Below the pieces are notes generated by a model, which saw only the letters and a program-made list of their open reading frames with translations, had not been told where the DNA came from and did not search any database. From the NCBI GenBank assembly GCA_043718455.1, contig JAYSVT010000237.1, forward strand, positions 1 to 42,279: a DNA stretch of 42,279 bases, read 5' to 3'. Made by a program: the position numbers and the translations under genes. This document shows positions 37,539-42,279 of this stretch, in pieces. Source of the DNA: Hyphomicrobium sp. (lineage in GTDB: Bacteria; Pseudomonadota; Alphaproteobacteria; Rhizobiales; Hyphomicrobiaceae). How positions within the stretch are numbered: position 1 is the stretch's first letter; each line of letters opens with the position of its first letter.

Positions 37539-38234
37539 TCAGCCTTTTTTGGGCCCGGCATCTGGCGCTGTATCCGCCGTTTTTGGATCTGCTGCTTTTG
37601 CTGTGACAGTGACTTTGGTTACGGGAACCGATGTCGCGGATTTTGTAGCGGCAGAGGCAGCCGTTGCCGCTGCCTGCATAGGCTTGGCGAGTTTCTCGGC
37701 GAGCGAACCGGGCTTGCGCACACCGGCCGGCGTCTTCTCGACGATAATGCGCTGCCGGGGCTCGTCTGACCTACCACTCAGTTCGTTGCTGTCGTCACGG
37801 CGATGCTCGCCTGCGCGATGCCCGGCGGCGAGCCAGTAGGCAAGGCCCGCAAAAAAGCCCGCCGTGAGATACGCCTGTAATGCGTAATTGTTGAGTATTG
37901 AGGGTTGGCCTGAAACTTCACTCGCGTACTGCGCGCTGAATCCGAGAAGTGCAATCGCTGTGCCCGCAAACAGAAAATAGCCGATACTGCGAATCGACAA
38001 CCATTCCGCTATCCCAGCCGCAATCAACGCGAAGGCCACGCCAAATATCGCCGAGTGCGTCGCCGCCAACAACGAAAGTTCAAGTGTGCTGCCAGCCTTT
38101 GCAGGAAATGCGGCGGAAGGTACGGATGCCAACTCAGCCGGGGTCCACACGTACATCACCTGTACGAGGCCTGCCACAAAACACGCGAGCAGAAACCCGG
38201 CCAGAATTCTTGAAAGCGTCTTGATGATACCCAT
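37539..38234 (-). CDS. Membrane hypothetical protein
   Basis: About four hydrophobic helices and an Ala/Lys/Thr-rich tail; GGAG upstream of 38234. Confidence 0.75.
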   Translation of the reverse strand: MGIIKTLSRILAGFLLACFVAGLVQVMYVWTPAELASVPSAAFPAKAGSTLELSLLAATHSAIFGVAFALIAAGIAEWLSIRSIGYFLFAGTAIALLGFSAQYASEVSGQPSILNNYALQAYLTAGFFAGLAYWLAAGHRAGEHRRDDSNELSGRSDEPRQRIIVEKTPAGVRKPGSLAEKLAKPMQAAATAASAATKSATSVPVTKVTVTAKAADPKTADTAPDAGPKKG

Positions 38235-38375
38235 TGTCCGGCGCCCATACTCCACTCTCCGCCAGCGCCAAGTGCGAGCGGCCCTATGCACCTCGATGCA
38301 CCTGACCGGACTATAATTTCTATGGGCGGCGGCACAACAAAAAATACGCCAATCCGCGCGCAATCTCAGCGTGCG

Positions 38376-39566
38376 TCACTGGGCTGCCCGCTCACTGGCG
38401 CGGACTTTGACGCTTTCCGACTTCAACTGACCACAGGCTGCCAGAATATCGCGGCCGCGGGGCGTGCGGACGGGGCTCGCGTAACCTGCGCGGTTCACCA
38501 CTTCGGCAAAGCGCTCGATCGTTTCCCAGTCCGAGCACTCGTAGCGCGTCGACGGCCATGGGTTGAACGGGATCAGATTGATTTTCGCTGGAATGCCGGC
38601 CAGCAGACGCACCAGGGCCCTGGCCTCGGCCAAACTATCGTTCACACCCTTCAGCATAACGTATTCGAAGGTGATGCGGCGCGCGTTAGAAAGCCCCGGA
38701 TAGTTGCGGCACGCGTTGAGCAGATCCTTGATCGGATACTTCTTGTTGATCGGCACAAGTTCGTCGCGGAGCGCGTCGTTCGTTGCATGCAGGGAGATCG
38801 CAAGCATGGTGCCGGATTCGTCGCCCCAGCGCGGGATTTCTGGGACCACACCAGATGTTGACAACGTAATGCGGCGCTTCGACAACGATAGCCCGTCGCC
38901 GTCGGAAACGACGTCCATCGCGTCCCGGACGTTGTCGAAATTGTAAAGCGGTTCGCCCATGCCCATCAGCACGACATTGGTGATCTTGCGTTCAGAGTCA
39001 GGCAGAAGACGTTTATCGCCGGGAATGCTGGCGCCTGCCCAATCGCCGATGCGATCGCGCGCCAGGAGAATTTGTCCCGCAATTTCTTGCGCTTCGAGAT
39101 TGCGCACGAGACGTTGCGTTCCCGTGTGACAGAAGGAGCATGTCAAAGTGCAGCCGATCTGACTCGAAATGCACAGCGTGCCGCGGTCGGTCTCTGGGAT
39201 GTAGACCGTTTCGATTTCCGGCGCGTGGGCTTCGTGACCCCGCTTGGGCAAGCGCAGTAGCCATTTGCGCGTACCATCGATGGAAACTTGCTCCGTCACG
39301 ATCTCGGGCCGTGCGAGTGTGTAGGCCCCGGCCAGCGTACCGCGCAAATCTTTCGACACATCGCTCATGTCTTCGAAGCGCGTGACGCCGCGCACATAGA
39401 TCCAGCTCCACAGCTGGTTGACGCGCATGCGCTGCTGCTTTTCCGGAACGCCGATTTCAGCGAGTGCTGCTTTAAGACCATCACGCCCGAGCCCGGCGAG
39501 CGACCGCTTCGAGTTAATTTCGCCAGTCAGCGGCGCGGCGGAATTCGTTTCTATCAGCCTAACCAT
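38376..39566 (-). CDS. rlmN: 23S rRNA m2A2503 / tRNA methyltransferase
   Basis: [29 protein letters not shown] and DILAACGQL motifs. Confidence 0.98.
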   Translation of the reverse strand: MVRLIETNSAAPLTGEINSKRSLAGLGRDGLKAALAEIGVPEKQQRMRVNQLWSWIYVRGVTRFEDMSDVSKDLRGTLAGAYTLARPEIVTEQVSIDGTRKWLLRLPKRGHEAHAPEIETVYIPETDRGTLCISSQIGCTLTCSFCHTGTQRLVRNLEAQEIAGQILLARDRIGDWAGASIPGDKRLLPDSERKITNVVLMGMGEPLYNFDNVRDAMDVVSDGDGLSLSKRRITLSTSGVVPEIPRWGDESGTMLAISLHATNDALRDELVPINKKYPIKDLLNACRNYPGLSNARRITFEYVMLKGVNDSLAEARALVRLLAGIPAKINLIPFNPWPSTRYECSDWETIERFAEVVNRAGYASPVRTPRGRDILAACGQLKSESVKVRASERAAQ

Positions 39567-39880
39567 ATTCGAGCGGTCTCACGGGGTGCGGGAGGTGACT
39601 TCTAGACCTGTTTTAGGCCCGTGAATAGCGGCGTTTTGACATTCCGGCGCCATTTCCGGCCAGGAAATTCGATACAAATTCGCTTCAATTTGATGAACCC
39701 GCGTGAGCGTTTTCTCAAGAGCTTCCTGGCAGTTTGTGAAGCAGATGTGAACGGCAAGGCTGATGTTCGAGGCGACCCAGTCAGACCTTGTTGGCATTTG
39801 AAGTCAGACCTTAACTAAAGCCAAGACCTGAACCGGCGCAAATCCGGATTAAGGCAGCAACGGAAACGAGGAACGAACAG

Positions 39881-40870
39881 ATGGCAGAAAAGCACGGAAG
39901 CAAACTGGCCGATATTCTTGCCGGTGTTCTCGAAGACGAGAATTCCTTGTTCGGGCACGGCGGAGATGACGCTTTGTCGGGCGGCAAGCTTGCGGACATC
40001 GTTCGTGGCGGCAAAGGCGCCGACCGGATCGAAGGTGGTCGCGGCAATGACAACATTTATGGCGACAGCGGCGACGATGGACTTAAAGGGACGGTCGGCG
40101 ACGACACGGTGCTTGGCGGCGAAGGCGATGACGTTTTGTCGGGCGGCAAAGATAACGACCTGCTCGCAGGCGGCAAAGGCAACGACGTTTTGGATGGCAA
40201 CTCCGGCAACGATGTCATGTCCGGCGGCAGCGGCAACGATGTGCTCTTCGGCATGAGCGGCGACGATTGGCTGTTCGGCGGCAAAGGCGATGACCGCGTG
40301 TTCGGCGGTTCGGGCGACGACGTCGTCTTGGCGAGTTCAGGCCGGGACTATTACTCGGGCGGAACGGGCAATGACGAACTCGATTTCTCGTTGGTTGTTG
40401 GCAAGGTCGACATCGATCTTGGCCGGCACTCAGCCAAAGTCTCCTTTGGCAAGGACGTCGTGACCGATTTCGTCTCCGGCTTTGAAACTGTTATCGGCGG
40501 CAACTCTGCTGACAAGTTTATGGGCGATCGCAACGCTCAGCATTTCAACGGCGGCGCGGGCAACGATTGGTTTCGCGGTAATCTCGGCAGCGATACGCTG
40601 ACCGGCGGCGCGGGAGCCGACGTCTTTGCGTTCCTGAAAAAGGATACGGCTGGCGGCAGCGTCGATACCATCACCGATTTCCACGCCGGCGTTGATCGGC
40701 TCGATATGAAAGACTTTTTAAAGGGCAAGGCCAGCACGGCGAACGAAGTTCGCTTTGTTGATGGAGGCAGCGATACCATTGTTCAGGGGCACATCAAGGG
40801 CACCTGGGTCGATGTGGTCTCGCTAAAGGGCGTAGATGTACAGGACGTTGGCTACGATATTTTGACCTAG
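39881..40870 (+). CDS. RTX-type calcium-binding repeat protein
   Basis: Many GGxGxDxLx nonapeptides and a C-terminal DTITDF..GVDRLD segment. Confidence 0.92.
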   Translation: MAEKHGSKLADILAGVLEDENSLFGHGGDDALSGGKLADIVRGGKGADRIEGGRGNDNIYGDSGDDGLKGTVGDDTVLGGEGDDVLSGGKDNDLLAGGKGNDVLDGNSGNDVMSGGSGNDVLFGMSGDDWLFGGKGDDRVFGGSGDDVVLASSGRDYYSGGTGNDELDFSLVVGKVDIDLGRHSAKVSFGKDVVTDFVSGFETVIGGNSADKFMGDRNAQHFNGGAGNDWFRGNLGSDTLTGGAGADVFAFLKKDTAGGSVDTITDFHAGVDRLDMKDFLKGKASTANEVRFVDGGSDTIVQGHIKGTWVDVVSLKGVDVQDVGYDILT

Positions 40871-40901
40871 CGGTTTCGCTGTATGTTTCGTTTGTGTAAT
40901 G

Positions 40902-40932
40902 AATGCCGGGTCTGGGAGGGCCCGGCATTTTT
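40902..40932 (+). terminator. Intrinsic terminator after the RTX gene
   Basis: AATGCCGGG...CCCGGCATT stem followed by T's. Confidence 0.75.
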
Positions 40933-41079
40933 CGTGGAATGATCAGCCGACACTGTACGTTCTTTGATTTGTCGAATTCCAGAAACGAAGAAATGTCGCG
41001 GGTGCCGCATTCTTTCAATTTGGAAATATGTTAACGATCTCTCACAATGGTCTTTCGTGGGCTTTGGGGAGGTATGCTT

Positions 41080-41991
41080 ATGCGTCAATTTAAGTGGTGG
41101 TTGCGTGGTCTTGCTCAGAAGAATTTTCCCCGTTTCACACTGGCCTTGCTCGCGCATCGCACATGGGTTCTAGAGCCAGAAGTTGCGCTCGTCCCCTTGC
41201 TCAGCCGCCGCAAAGGCGTTGCTGTGGATGCCGGTGCCAACAAAGGTGTCTTTCTGTATCACCTCAGCCGCACATACGAACGTGTTTATGGCTTCGAGCC
41301 ACTGCCGCCGCTCGCCTCGTATCTGAAAGTGGCCGCGCCCGCGAACGTCACCATACACGGTGCCGCTCTGTCGAACGCGCCGGGCACGGCAACGTTGCGA
41401 TTACCGCGCGGCTTTATCGAATTGGGAAGTCTTGAATCTCACACGAGCGAAACGTGGACGACGCAAGCACCGATTGATGAGCACGTTGTCGAACTCAAAA
41501 CACTCGATAGTCTGGGGCTGCGCGACGTCGCGTTGTTGAAAATCGACGTCGAAGGCCACGAGCTTTCCGTGCTTGAAGGCGCGCGCGAGACCCTGTCGCG
41601 TTACCGCCCGACGGTGCTCGTCGAGGTGGAAGAGCGGCACCGCGAAGGTGGCGTTGCACGCATCCGCAATTACCTGGAAAGCTTGGGGTATGCTGGGTTC
41701 TTTCTTGAAGGGTTGAAGATGAGGCCCATTGCGTCATTCGACCTTGCGCGAGATCAAAACCTCGCAAGTCTCGAAAGCTCAGTGAAAATCGGGCGTTACA
41801 TCAATAATTTCATCTATTTCGACCGGCGCGAGTCGGCCGAACGTGTCGCCGTCATCGAAGCCGCCTTGCAGCGCGGGGCCGGACTCATCTCAATTCTGCA
41901 ACCAGGCCAAGGGGCAACTGTATGGCAACGCATTGCCGGGTCTCTGCGCGCGGCGCGCGATATGGTTGCGCCAGCCACACCGCGGCTGTGA
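41080..41991 (+). CDS. FkbM-family methyltransferase
   Basis: VDAGANKG, GFEP, LKIDVEGHE.SVLEGA and P.VLVE motifs; GGAGGT RBS. Confidence 0.9.
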   Translation: MRQFKWWLRGLAQKNFPRFTLALLAHRTWVLEPEVALVPLLSRRKGVAVDAGANKGVFLYHLSRTYERVYGFEPLPPLASYLKVAAPANVTIHGAALSNAPGTATLRLPRGFIELGSLESHTSETWTTQAPIDEHVVELKTLDSLGLRDVALLKIDVEGHELSVLEGARETLSRYRPTVLVEVEERHREGGVARIRNYLESLGYAGFFLEGLKMRPIASFDLARDQNLASLESSVKIGRYINNFIYFDRRESAERVAVIEAALQRGAGLISILQPGQGATVWQRIAGSLRAARDMVAPATPRL

Positions 41992-42004
41992 CGGCATGTT
42001 TTGA

Positions 42005-42279
42005 TTATAGAATATAACGGGAGAGGTCGGCGTTTTTGGACAGTGCGCCGACACGTTCTTCGACGTAGGCCGCGTCTATCGTGACCGCTTGGCCTGCGCG
42101 GTCGGACGCTTCAAACGATATCTCATCCAGCACGCGTTCCAGTACAGTTTGAAGCCGGCGCGCGCCGATATTCTCGATGCTTGAATTTACAGCAACTGCG
42201 GCATCCGCGAGGCTGTCGATCGCATCGGTGGTAAAGTGCAACGTCATCCCTTCTGTTTGCATCAGGGCAATGTATTGCT
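42005..42279 (-). CDS. hslU: ATP-dependent protease ATPase subunit HslU, 3' end (partial)
   Basis: [23 protein letters not shown] and the C-terminal DLSRYIL. Confidence 0.97.
   Translation of the reverse strand, partial: QYIALMQTEGMTLHFTTDAIDSLADAAVAVNSSIENIGARRLQTVLERVLDEISFEASDRAGQAVTIDAAYVEERVGALSKNADLSRYIL

Noticed and set aside
3400-39400. Many long antisense or alternate-frame ORFs over core genes (e.g. 3400-4128, 9653-10486, 12576-13574, 25603-26382, 31057-31887)
   Set aside because: Shadow ORFs expected in high-GC coding DNA; no recognisable motifs.

Overview
Chromosomal window from an alphaproteobacterium (gene content and order suggest Hyphomicrobiales, probably Hyphomicrobium-like; this is an inference). 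From about 6.2 kb onward it is mostly housekeeping genes: rimM, rpsP, ffh, dapF-mtaB-ftsY, two ispZ/yciB paralogs, asd, leuB, gpmA, dapB, ppa, a phasin, a PIF1-like helicase, typA, argG, rlmN and the 3' end of hslU. Small insertions punctuate this core: an HTH-GrlR-like fusion gene, a GST, a relE/higA-type TA pair, a DUF433/DUF5615 TA pair and a catalytically degenerate HsdR_N-like nuclease. The first 6.2 kb is a lower-GC, layered accessory hotspot around gshB. It holds (i) the end of an IS21-family element inserted into (ii) an ISNwi1-like IS1595 element carrying a reversed hicB-hicA-like pair, a small ORF and a DUF3800 gene, which itself sits next to a LexA (SOS) box; (iii) a 1-kb integrase-free cassette bracketed by a 44-bp duplication of the gshB 3' end; and (iv) a GIY-YIG nuclease gene followed by a nested palindromic REP/MITE-like element. 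No rRNA, tRNA or CRISPR array was seen. All family assignments come from motif recognition by eye, not database searches.
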